From NCBI GenBank assembly GCA_024704765.1, contig JAKMXF010000188.1, positions 669,715 through 733,714 on the forward strand: a stretch of DNA of 64,000 nucleotides, written 5' to 3'. A model generated the notes under the pieces. That model had not been told where the DNA came from and did not search any database. It saw only the letters and a program-made list of their open reading frames with translations. The stretch is from Oopsacas minuta. Taxonomy: Eukaryota; Animalia; Porifera. Of the stretch, positions 1 to 11,356 are shown piece by piece. Each line of letters begins with the position of its first letter. Within the stretch, counting starts at the first letter, position 1. The translations under genes and the position numbers were made by a program.

Positions 1-744
1 TTGTTTGATAAATTTCCCATTCAGATCAAATACCATCAAACAGCCAGCTTCTGTCTGACTAACAAATACTTTCTGATTAGTAATAGCTATACCAAGCGGA
101 GAGTTCATCTTACATTCTTCAGCTTCATCTCCGAATTTGAACAGATACTTACCATATTCATTAAATGTCTGTACTCGGTTGTTAGATTTATCAGCTACAT
201 AGATGTTATTAGTTCTGTAGTCAACTGCTACACCCCATGGACTACGAAATTGTCCTTCCTCACCACCTGATACACCTCCTACACTCACCACAGGTTCAGC
301 CTTACCCACATAATCTACAACTGGTTGACAACAGATATTTGAGTTTACCACACTAATCTTACCGATACATTTAATGCTATCCAACAATGTATTATCAAAC
401 TCAATTGAGATATTTAGTTTCGAAATATATTCTAACTCTATTTCTCTTAGTTCTTCCTCTAACAGTTTGATAGTTCTAGTTTGAGTTTTCTCTAATCTCA
501 AGGTGGTAAAATGTTCCCGATTAAATTTCAATGCTTTTTCAATTTCAGAGATAGATCGTCTTTGTTTCTCATTTTCTAGTTTGTATTTGTTGTGAATATC
601 TTCCAATTCTTTCAAGAGTTCTCTCTCCCTCTCTTTCACAAAATTTGACATCTCTAGAAAGTAAGTTTCAATCTGAGTTTTGATTTGAGCTGTTTGAAGT
701 TCAAAACTTAATTCTTCTCCTGAAGGGATATAGTTTGTTGCCAT
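1..744 (-). CDS. NHL-repeat protein with N-terminal coiled coil (TRIM/NHL-like), 3' end runs off the window
   Basis: Hand translation from ATG at 744 is open for 248 codons to base 1: MATNYIPSGEELSFELQ, then an E/K/L-rich coiled coil, then GEEGQFRSPWGVAVDYRTNNIYVADKSNNRVQTFNEYGKYLFKFG and NSPLGIAITNQKVFVS, which are NHL repeats. Absent from the ORF track because no stop lies in the window. Confidence 0.88.
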   Translation of the reverse strand, partial: MATNYIPSGEELSFELQTAQIKTQIETYFLEMSNFVKERERELLKELEDIHNKYKLENEKQRRSISEIEKALKFNREHFTTLRLEKTQTRTIKLLEEELREIELEYISKLNISIEFDNTLLDSIKCIGKISVVNSNICCQPVVDYVGKAEPVVSVGGVSGGEEGQFRSPWGVAVDYRTNNIYVADKSNNRVQTFNEYGKYLFKFGDEAEECKMNSPLGIAITNQKVFVSQTEAGCLMVFDLNGKFIKQ

Positions 745-1569
745 GCTACTAGTGAAAACAATATCCCATTAACTAAACTCCAAAATTTGAAATGTTGAGA
801 GCAAGCCTCTACGACTGAAGATTACGTATGTGAAAATATGGATATGATTATATGGATGAGCTGAAGGATAAGATTATTTGAAAACAAGAGCGCGAGCGGA
901 AGCGCAAAACTAGAGCTCTTGGTCAACACTGTAAGAGGCCAATTCCAATTCATAGAAATTTTCAGAAACTCTAATTCAAAATATGTTACTCCAGCGTGTT
1001 AATTGAGGTCTCAGTAAAGAGATAACCACTACTATTCATCCATTAGTTAGTAATAATATTAGGTACGGGGAATTGGACCCGAAACTTTCACGCGATATTG
1101 TGAGAGGTGAAGGAATTTTTATCGAGTTAGTTACTAGCATGGCGTTACGTGTTGTATGAGTGCATTTACATACTTTATTATACTAGAGGGTGAGAATTTT
1201 TCTTCGAATTAGTGTCAATATTGATCTGCTCTTTTGCGGGGAGCTTTTTGCTACCCCTGATTGTTGGATGGTGTATTTGAAGCGATCTTCTGGCAATGGA
1301 AATAATTTTGATCGAATTAGTTAAGGTTCATGTTTACGAATTTGGGTCTAAATATTTAATTTTGGGTCTAATTCCTACATTACGTACTTTGGGGTCAAAT
1401 TCCGATATTTTCTGAGTCTAACTCCAGCGTCTCAATATATTGTGTAGTTGAATTTCATTTGATAAAATGGAGAAATCCCAATAATGACAATATATTAATA
1501 CAGCAGAGCAGGTAAACTTGATACGGGCGGTGGAGTTGGAAAAGCAAGTTCCAACTAACAGTGCCGTAA

Positions 1570-2052
1570 TCTATATTATTAAATCTCAATTGTTGTTAGT
1601 CTGTCTGTTTGTTTGTATGTTTGTCTGTTGTCAAGGAAAGGATTTACGGTATGTAATTTTGAAATTGTCGCATAACTATGTATTTATCGTGTTTATCAAG
1701 GAAGTAAATAGAATTCAATAAAACTTCACTAAATATATCGAACATGCTGAATCCGAATTTCGCATTTTCAAGGTTCCCATATGTAAATTTATTGGGGGTT
1801 TTTATGAATATTAAGTAAACATATTTGCAAAATCTCAAAATTTACGTAGATACTTGCTCTTAACGGCTACCCAGGGGGTTGAACTTACAAAATAATTCAA
1901 TAATATATTTGCAATATATGTATATTTGTGAATTACATTGTTCTAAATATATCTATATTATAATACTCAAAGGGGTCGTCAATTAGGAGGATAATGGATA
2001 CCTCGAGGCACAATGCGCCGAGTTCATCGCGAAGCGACGAGCCAAAGGCTCG
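1570..2052 (+). mobile_element. Non-autonomous Helitron-like element
   Basis: Starts A|TCTATATTATTAAA and ends GCGAAGCGA-CGAGCC-AAA-GGCTCG|T (terminal hairpin, CTCG 3' end, inserted between A and T, no TSD). Internal sequence (CTGT/TTGT microsatellite, gtcaaggaaaggattt, catatgtaaattt) is shared with the copy at 32100-33781. Confidence 0.65.
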
Positions 2053-4454
2053 TATTTCTATAATTCTACATTTTTAGGAACAATGAACAATCATTCAGAA
2101 AAACAAAATCAACAAAAAGTATTGAGTATCAAGTTAAGTTTCTGTGATTATCAATACAATTCTCCCATTGACTAATACAACATTGTTGCCTGGACAAGCG
2201 AAAAAAATTTACAAATATAATTCATTATCATATAAATCCACTACAGCCAAGCAGGAACTTACATAATAATGAATTGTATTTCTAAATAGTGTCCACTTGT
2301 CCGGGTTAATAATGTTACGTTAGTCAAAAGGAGAATTGTAATAATAAATTCAAAAAAATTTCTACCAAATTTGTTGAAACACTGGTTAATTTTGTCTCAA
2401 TTAGATATCACAGTAACTGACGTCTCATGCAATATATATATATACAGTTAAACCTGCCTAACGGCCACCTATGTATAACGGTCACCTGCACATAACTGCC
2501 GCCTAAAACAGTCCCCTCCGATTTCCATTATAATGACCTCAGTGTAGCGGCATAAACATAGCCTCTCGGCCACCTGGTCATTGAAATTTTGGAATATGAA
2601 GCTAAAATGTAACATAATTACATAACATAAATACCTAGCAAAATTTGCTAATATTTCACTTTAAACCTCTCAAAACCCTAGGAGGAGTAATGAATAAATC
2701 GGTGAAAACGAATCTATTCTGTTAACCGAAATTTGTATATTCAGTTAGAAAGAGCACATTATGTGATTAGGGCATTAGCCCTTCTTCTAAAAATAAAGTC
2801 ATTCATTTTACTAATAACTGCACTCTCTGACATCTGATTCGTTATGTTCAAATTATCCAAGCTTACGAAATATAAAGATCGCAAATATTCATTCAATCTA
2901 TTCACCCAATTCCAATAATATTTATTCAGTGCTTCTAAATCAGTGAGACTCAGCACCGGTTCACTCACTAACTCTCAGCTCACTGCGGCTGTGGTCCGGT
3001 TGGGAACTGCTTGGTGCCTCAGAACGTGATTCAGAGGGACAATGTGTCATTGGCATATAACAAATTGAATTGATTTCATGGACTTAATTTATGACCTTCT
3101 GGTAGTTCTGGAAATGAAAATATTAAAAGTAAAGAAAAGACTGCTCCATAATTAACACCAATATTATATATATTATATGGCTAAGTCATAGGAATCCGTG
3201 GTTTTAATAAAGTAACCCTTTCCAAATGTTCATGAAATTTTCGATGAGATTAGTGTGGCGGAGTTCGAAAAAGGTTAACAAACACTGATTTAATCTATAC
3301 AAGGTTTACTATACTTCCTAACATTTATCCAATATACAAGATGCAAAATACAAAGAATTAGATCTTCATAAGATAGCATTCAAATTTCCGAGACTTGGTC
3401 GCACGCTTTTCGTATAAATGCAATTTTCCTATTAATACAAGTAGGATTGAATTTCTATTCTTTCACTTCAACTAAATCACGGTTATTAGTACAAGACGCA
3501 AACTGTGAAAACATTCGATTCGCTAATATAATGCATATCGACATTGCATTATGGAAGTACCTTTGAGCCGAGTTATTTCTAATATCAAGGCAATTTATAA
3601 ATTATGGCACCCTCTGGAGTCCTTAGGGTGCTGTCTTGTGAGCAGTCCCTGTATATATCACATGATTAATAATATTTTCACAAATTTGGGTAAAATTAAG
3701 TTCCAACGTTGATTAAGTCAGCCTAAAACAGCACCCCGGCACCCTGTACTCCAAACCCATAAAGAGTATGGTGAACATTGTCCAGGATTTTAATACACAA
3801 GTACAGGATTCTCGAGATTCTGAATAGAAGGATATACAATTATTTGATTAGAGATCAACGCCCACCCAAAGTACGATTGCTACACATCATAATTCATTTT
3901 AGCACCTGCATGCAGATAATACAACATTTGCTTTTTACCTTTCACTTTTTTAAAATATCCAGGAATTTCGTAAGCTGTCTATTAATACAAGCGGCAACCA
4001 TAATAAATGATGTTTCAAGCTATTTCTAATACAAAATTTAACATCCATTTATAGTGATATACATATAGTTGTCAAATAATATTGTGTCCAGGAAAATCAA
4101 GGACTTTTCGATAAAAAGTGATTCATTGACCAGGATAATTTGGACCAAAACAACGATTTTAACTTGCAACACATAAGAAGAAAAACAATATAAGGTAACT
4201 TCAATAAGTTATATTTATCTATAACAAACATAAACACCAATATAATATCACTAATATAATAAAGTCAGAAGCATCAACACAAACTACACATAGAAGTATA
4301 TAACTCATACAGTTTGGCCTAAACAGTCTCTTTAGTATAGAGCTACTATATATTTTTAGTGATTATTCACATTAGTAAAAATGCATACAAGTCAGGCCTA
4401 GAACAGCTACAGTACTAATTATATTGAGTATGTTTGAATTCAGACACATAGTGG

Positions 4455-7400
4455 TTATTGGGGGGGAGGCTGGTACCCGTAAGGAGGGTAATAGGCTCCG
4501 TACATTGGGTAGTAGGGCATTGGCTGAGCTCCGGGTTGTTGTGGTGGGTGTTGTCCGGGCATTACTCCTGGCTGTGGGGGACCCTGTTGAGGCTGAGCAT
4601 AGGGGTAATTAGGGGGAGGAGCTCCGTACACGGGATAGCCAGGGTAGTAGGGGGTAGGATTTGAAGGATGCGGTGTCACTATTGAGCTTGGAGCAGGCTG
4701 TTGAGGGGGAGGAGCTACAGCACGGGGAGGCATAGGCATCTGTTGAGGGGGAGGAGCAGTCGTTGCACCGGCTGGGACGTATGCAGCTGGACGACCTGGA
4801 CCAGAAGGTTTCTTAGAGCTCGACAAAACTTTATCTAAATCTTTACAGAGATCATCTTTCTCTGTCCGTCTGGCAAATGTCAGGTCCCCTACCCTCTGTT
4901 GACACTTGAGTAGCAGATTAGTCAGATCTCCGTAGAACTTAGCTCCCTCCTCTAGGTTTCCGATAAGCTCATTGAACGCTTCGTATCCACTCTGTAGATC
5001 TTTCAGAACCTTCTCTCTGGCAGCTGCACCATCTCCTTGCTGACACTCATTGACAAACTGAGCGTTGACCTGTTTGATCTGCTCAGTGAGAGCTGATCCT
5101 TTCGTCACAGACTCTTGTACTTGCTGTTGTAGCGAGGAATATGTCTCTTGTAGGTGAGTCATAGAGATAGTCTCTTCGTCTACTGAACCCTCAGTCTTGA
5201 GACACTCTAGGAATTTGTTCGCTGGACTAGGTAAGTTGTCTCTGAGAGAAGATTCGATTACCTCTCTCTCTGCCTTCAAGGTTTCAGACTATATAAGAGA
5301 TATTATGAAATATATACTAAGCATAAATACTAAAAAATAATATATTACCTGTTCATATAGCTGCTTTAAGTTTTGTACAACTTGAGCTGAAGAGCCAGAT
5401 CTGCTCGCCGCTCCGCTAGTAGGAATAGAAGCTACTACAGAAGCTTGATCTTGGCTGAGAATTCCAATAGCTTCTCGATTGGCTTGAAACTTGCTATTCA
5501 CAACCTATTACATTGTGACGTCATAAAATATTGGATAAAACATTCATGTGACGTTATGGAGGGATTTGAAATTTTTGGAACTTAAGAAATACATCCAACA
5601 GTACTCGCCGACTACTCGACATTGGAGAAATTTATAGTTGGTGCTTTCTAACGTCGCTTATCTAAACATTAACTAGCATCAAGGTGGATAACATCACAAA
5701 TATACTACTTGTAGATGCAACTCTAATAAGCTTAACCGATTACGACAGAAGTATTACGTTCGTAATGAAAAGGAACACTAAATTTTTACCACCATCTTCA
5801 TCCAATTCCAATACCAAAAACGATATTACAGCACTTTTTTTGGCGTCATAAAATCACACATTTTCCCGGCAGTATTCGGTTAATCCTAATTCAGTAAATC
5901 ACATTGAGTTAAACTTTAAGTAAAGTTAGCTAGGCACATGATATAACCATGGATGGTCCAGATCACGCGAGAATATATAGTATAATAGACAATTAATACA
6001 ATTATCTTGCCTTATCAGCTCCAGTCGCACTTGATAGAATGCCTTGATACTTAGAAATATCAGCTCTGACGTTAACTGTTAACTGAGCTGAGGGCATACG
6101 CGTCCATCTGTCTCCATACTTAGCTCTAACAATAAACAAATTAAAAGATTATGTACAGTAGTATATATCAACTCATATAATGACGTCACTGACCTACATT
6201 CCCCATCCTCTCTGTCTTCCTCGTTCAGAACTCTAACCGTCTCATCCAGGATCTCTTTGTTCCTAATCAGTAGCTCAGGTAGATTCAGTATCATTTCTTC
6301 TAACCTCACCAATCCTCCTTTGCCCCTGACCTCAGCTGATTTGTCTAGCACGGAGGGTGGGGCTCCAGTACCTGAGGTGTCCTCTAAAGCAGCTGGTAGA
6401 TTATATGACGTCAGCAGTGTAGTGAGTTCCTGTGTATTTGCACGCAGTCTTCCTATCTCAGAGTTTACAAGTCCCATCTTCCTCTGCTCATATATCAGTA
6501 GAGCTTCATTCACTTTCAATGGCATCAGCTGAGAGAATAGGTCTACGAAGTTGGATTGAGGGGCGTTGAATGGGAGAGGCTACAATAATGTTATATATCA
6601 AAATATGATATAGTCAAACTTGTCTATATCGAACAAGAAAAGGACTGACCAAAAGTGGCAATTATAGACAAATGTAGTAGTAATTTGAATATAATGGCAG
6701 TTACTATATTCCCTGCAGGATATTTAAGATAATATAGTGTGAGTAGTTAATGATGGGAACCTAACGGACTTGTCAAAGGTGGACTTAATAGAAAGTGACC
6801 GTTATAGACAGGTTTAACGCCATTTATGGACCAAAAAAATTGTGCCCACTGGCCGCGATAAAGAGGTAAATATAATGGGAGAACGGAGGGATTGCTTTTA
6901 AGTGGCCGATAAGTGCAGGTGACCGTTAAGCACGTTTGACTGTAGTAATATTAAATACTAATAAAATTATAGCCTATAAAGATACCTTAGCTAGTGCTGC
7001 CTTTCCTACTGGTTCTATTGTAGCATACTCAGGAACAGGATCACTATATATCATCTTATTATCCTTCAATTCCTTCTCTAGCTTAGTCTTAACTTTAGCC
7101 AGAACACCCTTGATATCATAGAAGCCCTCGCTTCGCTTGACAGCATCTTCTAGACAAGACACTGATTTCTTGAGTCTGGAAATGCTCTCTCCATAATTCT
7201 GATTCTCCAGTGCTACTTTAGCCTGGCTCTCTTCTGCTAGAGCAAGGAATAAACTCTGTTTTGCAGACACAATAGGAATCCATTCTTTCTCCCATTGAGC
7301 TTTGACTGAGCCCTGTTGGAAAGAGGAGAGAGTATCTGCGTAGAGATCACTGGCCTGGTGAGCTAGCTTAGCAATTATCTTCTCCTGCATCTTATCTTTA

Positions 7401-8997
7401 GTAGCCTGTAGGTATATTCAATATAATTTAGTTGTGTAAATTCACTTCCTTGGTCTCATGGTCTGGTGAATGTAAAACTAGTTCCCAAGTAACAATGGCC
7501 ATAATATCGAGATACAGCTGTGTTGGCCTACTAATGCGCCTATTAGCAAGTTCTTTCAAGGACTTATAGACCATTTTGAATAGGAAATAATTCCTCTCTG
7601 ATAGCAAGTTCGCGTATTAGCAGAGAAATTCGTGTAAATACGAATTGTTAGTAGACGAACTCCACTGTATCATTACCCGACAGATAATATACAGAGGAGG
7701 TGGAAGGTGCAAACCTATCATAAAGTATTTACCTTTAGAAAGAAAGCTTCCTGTGCTTGAGCTAACATAAGGTTACACATAGCAGTGGTAGATTCAGCAC
7801 CTAAGTCTGGAGTAGGAGCAATACTCAGGTGTTGATACACGTCATCTCTCAGACGAGTGAAAGTACCAGCTGCTCCCTGGAAGTGTTTACAGGCAGCTTT
7901 CAATCCCTCGTCAGAATCAAAGTTCTGAGCTTTAGCAATCTGGCACTGAAGAGCTCCAATATTGAATAGGAGGCAGCATCTCTCGAATGCTATGTCAACT
8001 GCTGCATGCTTCTTAGCTCCGGATAGAAACCCACCGATGTTGAAGGAATCTTGCCAAGTAAACTTTATTCGAATCTAAAAAATAGAATATAGAGAGTAAT
8101 GCATTAACATATTATAGATAAGTGTTGTTGCTCGTTTTTGAGTTAACTCAGTTAAGCTTGCCAATTAAGAATTGTTACGTAGAATTGGCTCGGCGGTATC
8201 AATCTAGCTGGGAAAATTTGGACCTATCTTCTACGTTTGGGAGTTTTTAAGAAAGACATTTGATGGATTAGCTCTATTTCTAATGAATATCTACGCCAGA
8301 GACTAGGTAGGACACGTTCTTAACCTGACCAAATCTATCCTTACATAACCAAGTTTACTACCGGATAGTTCGTTCTTCCATTCAACCGGATGTTATCAGT
8401 ATTTGACTATCCGCAGAGATGCCAACTCTCACGCCTTACCAGTGAGTCTCTCGCTTTTCAGAGGTCAAAAATGAATTTTCGCGGCATTTTATGATTCTTC
8501 ACTCCACATTTTGAAGCTAAAATGCCAAATCACACGGCTTGACGAGACGCCTGGTTGGCATCTATGTATTCGGTATTGCAGCTATTATCGGTTCGAGCGG
8601 TATAAAACATCATCCTAGCTGACCCCACATGTTGAAACTAATAATGAACAAAAAACTGTTGCATATGTCTAAAAGGACCCTCAGATATAGGTATACCTAT
8701 CCTGGTAAGTCATTAAGTATGGTCGTATATTACCTGACTCTCAGAAATTGGAAGTTTCGTATCTACCACTGTCAGTTGGTCAAAATAGCGAAGTAACACG
8801 TCTAAGCTAGCTTCGTGTTTGTCGGGTACTAGTACACAAGAAGCCTCTCGCAGCTGGTTGAACTCTTTGATCGCGTCTTTGAACTTTCCTGGCGCTTCAT
8901 CGTAGCTGTTGCGAATGAATTTGTTGAAATCTGAAGTGAAGTCAACAGAAGTAGACTTTTTCAGGATTGGAGAAAGGAACTGAAAACCTGTCGCCAT
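4455..8997 (-). CDS. PDCD6IP: ALIX / programmed cell death 6-interacting protein (Bro1 + V domain + Pro/Tyr-rich tail), about 838 aa
   Basis: Seven exons join in frame: 8997-8734, 8074-7733, 7405-6986, 6579-6194, 6125-6011, 5504-5349, 5288-4455 (2,517 nt). Bro1 motifs FTWQDSF, FERCCLLFNIGAL, AACKHFQGAAG, LMLAQAQE, IYSDPVP; V-domain LPAALED and EGAKFYGDLT; Pro/Tyr-rich C-terminus. Confidence 0.95.
6611..6942. mobile_element. pogo/Tc1-like MITE in ALIX intron 3
   Basis: TA|TAGTCAAAC at the left end and GTTTGACTG|TA at the right end: terminal inverted repeats with TA flanks. Confidence 0.6.
8414..8566. mobile_element. Small non-autonomous DNA element with a probable 6-bp TSD in ALIX intron 1
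   Basis: TIRs CAGAGATGCCAAC and GTTGGCATCTATG; flanks TATCCG and TATTCG (5/6 match). Confidence 0.6.
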
Positions 8998-10077
8998 TCT
9001 GTAATTCGGGAAAATAAATATCTAACTGGTATCATAACATAAATATATCAAATTGTACAAATCGAAGTCTCACAAGATCTTTATTATTACATTAATTAAA
9101 GGTAAACCCCCGATATGCGGCACTTTGGGAGCAGGGCTTGTGTCAGGTTGTCGTATTTCGGAGGCGCCGCTTTTATAGGTTTACTTGTGTTGATTAATCA
9201 ACGCATTCCTTTAGAATACCGATTCCTTCTTTGGATAAATTTATTTTATTTCCAAAAAAGTTTCAGAGTTATCTTTCTTCATTTTAGATCAATATAAAGG
9301 CCGTATTTTGAAATCGGGATATGTCTGATGAGAAAATGGATCCTTAGCGCTCTTTACCCAATTTTCCAATCGTAGATCGTCATTTCACAAAGAAAATGAC
9401 AATAGGTAGTTACGAAAATTACATGACTCTTAGATTACCTATTTTTACTTATTTCTGAGAAGTGAGAATGTAATCTGAGAATAGACTAGGAAATAAAAGA
9501 ATATTCGAATAGATAATTATTACAATATATATATAAGAAATTGTGGAGTTGATGAGCTGACTATAATGATTTAGAATATTATAATAAGGGTCATATTGTG
9601 TCAATACAGTAGCTAAATTAAGTAGCTACACTGATACATTACGTTGAAAGGAAATGGCTTCATTTTCGTTACACAATTGGAAGTAGAGCCATGTGACAGA
9701 ATTGGAGTAAAGCATCTATCTATAATAGGATGTATATTTAAGGAATATGGCTGTGCTATGGGTATGATGGAAAATGAAAGTATTCTAGAACACGTAATTA
9801 AAATGGATTGAAAAAATTCTTAATAATTAATACGTAGATATAAGTTCAACATAAAAAAGAGGTGTCAGCTTGGGGCCTTTGGCAGACTCAAACAAGTAAG
9901 CAAACGAAGAGCGTTTCAGCAACTCTCTAACAACTTAATGAAAATATATATGTGAAAACCTCAAAAACATGTATAAAAATCACTCAAAATATTACACAAA
10001 AGTATCTAAATATTAATAACAAACTGTAAGTGGGCTCGTGCCCTTTGAATCTGTATACAGCTGATGATCCTCTAATA

Positions 10078-10170
10078 CATTGGTTCTCAACCCTTTTTTC
10101 CCGCGGACCCCCTGCCAATAAACATAACGAAAACATTTTAGGCACGCGGACCCCAGGTTGAGAACCACTG
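10078..10170. mobile_element. hAT (Charlie-like) MITE, 93 bp
   Basis: TIRs CATTGGTTCTCAACC and GGTTGAGAACCACTG; perfect 8-bp TSD CTCTAATA at 10070-10077 and 10171-10178. Confidence 0.85.
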
Positions 10171-10553
10171 CTCTAATAGCTTTGTAAATAACTTTATACG
10201 GATAAACAGGGATGTAGAATTCGATTTTGACATTTCAAAATGTCTAACAAGATTAGTAATAATACATTTTTCTTTCTTTGCTAAAATCGATATACGGATA
10301 AACAGGGACGTAATGTTTACCAAGATTAGTAGTAATACATTTTTCTTTCTTTGTTAAAATGGATATTTAGTAGAATAATTAATATTCGTAGTTTCAATAA
10401 TCCACTATAATTAATTTGGTAAATTTAAGACAGACGATAATTTGAGATTTTTACTACTTTGAATTGTCCAATTTATCTTCTATTTTTATGTTTTTAGCAA
10501 ATATGTTTGTCATGTATATTTTGAATTTTTTAATAATCTTCCCTTTCATTTAA

Positions 10554-10739
10554 TCCTACCACTTAGTAAAACTGGAAGTTTCTAATAGTAATATTTCATT
10601 TTGATTTACCTAGTTTACTTATGTCGATTATTATTATTTCAGAAACAATCATTTGGTAAGAGTGTTCAATTTTCTACGGCTACTGTGCGAACACTTCGTA
10701 TACGCGACCCGAGCAGCGCAAGAAAGCGAAGCTTGCTTG
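10554..10739 (+). mobile_element. Short Helitron-like element
   Basis: A|TCCTAC 5' end and GCGAAGCTTGCTTG|T 3' end; shares acggctac...gaac with the 1570-2052 copy. Confidence 0.45.
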
Positions 10740-11356
10740 TTTCAATAATTTCTGATTGGTCCTTAGCTGTCTCTGGCATAGCTCAGTGTATTATTTAATA
10801 GCAATTGTAACTAGTCAATCGGGTCGAGTAGAGTTTCATGTTTGACCGGTGGAAAACATTCAATATTGTGTAAGTATAGAAGCTGTTGTAAATACTCCCT
10901 GCCTCTATCATATGTATTTCCTAAGATATTTGGTGACTAAGGTAAAGTTTTGCACCTATGTATCGAGCTGACCGCCACAGTCCTATATAAATCCTTGAAA
11001 TTGTTTCATATTTTGGCGGGCTAATTCTTGGTTTCATTCATTATAAAGATTTTCAAGACTGTTAATGCATAATACAAGTGTAATTTGATGTTTGTAGCAC
11101 AATTTCCCATTCTTTTTTATTTGTAGGACTAATTGCAATCATATTTAAGACTGCCAGAAATGCTCTAATAAATTTAAGATATATATATATATGTGAAAAT
11201 ATTCAAAATACATTTGGGTACCAATCATAAATCATATTTTTGGAATATATATATTTTCACACCTCTTCATGTCAAGCAGTTCCGTTTCATAGAATAGGGA
11301 AGTATGATTTAAATCCATTACCATATTTATAATTCGTCTTAGCTTTCACACAACAA

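Noticed and set aside
10196-10365. Imperfect direct duplication of about 90 bp (ATACGGATAAACAGGGA...)
   Set aside because: It lies within degenerate transposon sequence also found near 17750-17850; it is an ordinary internal duplication.
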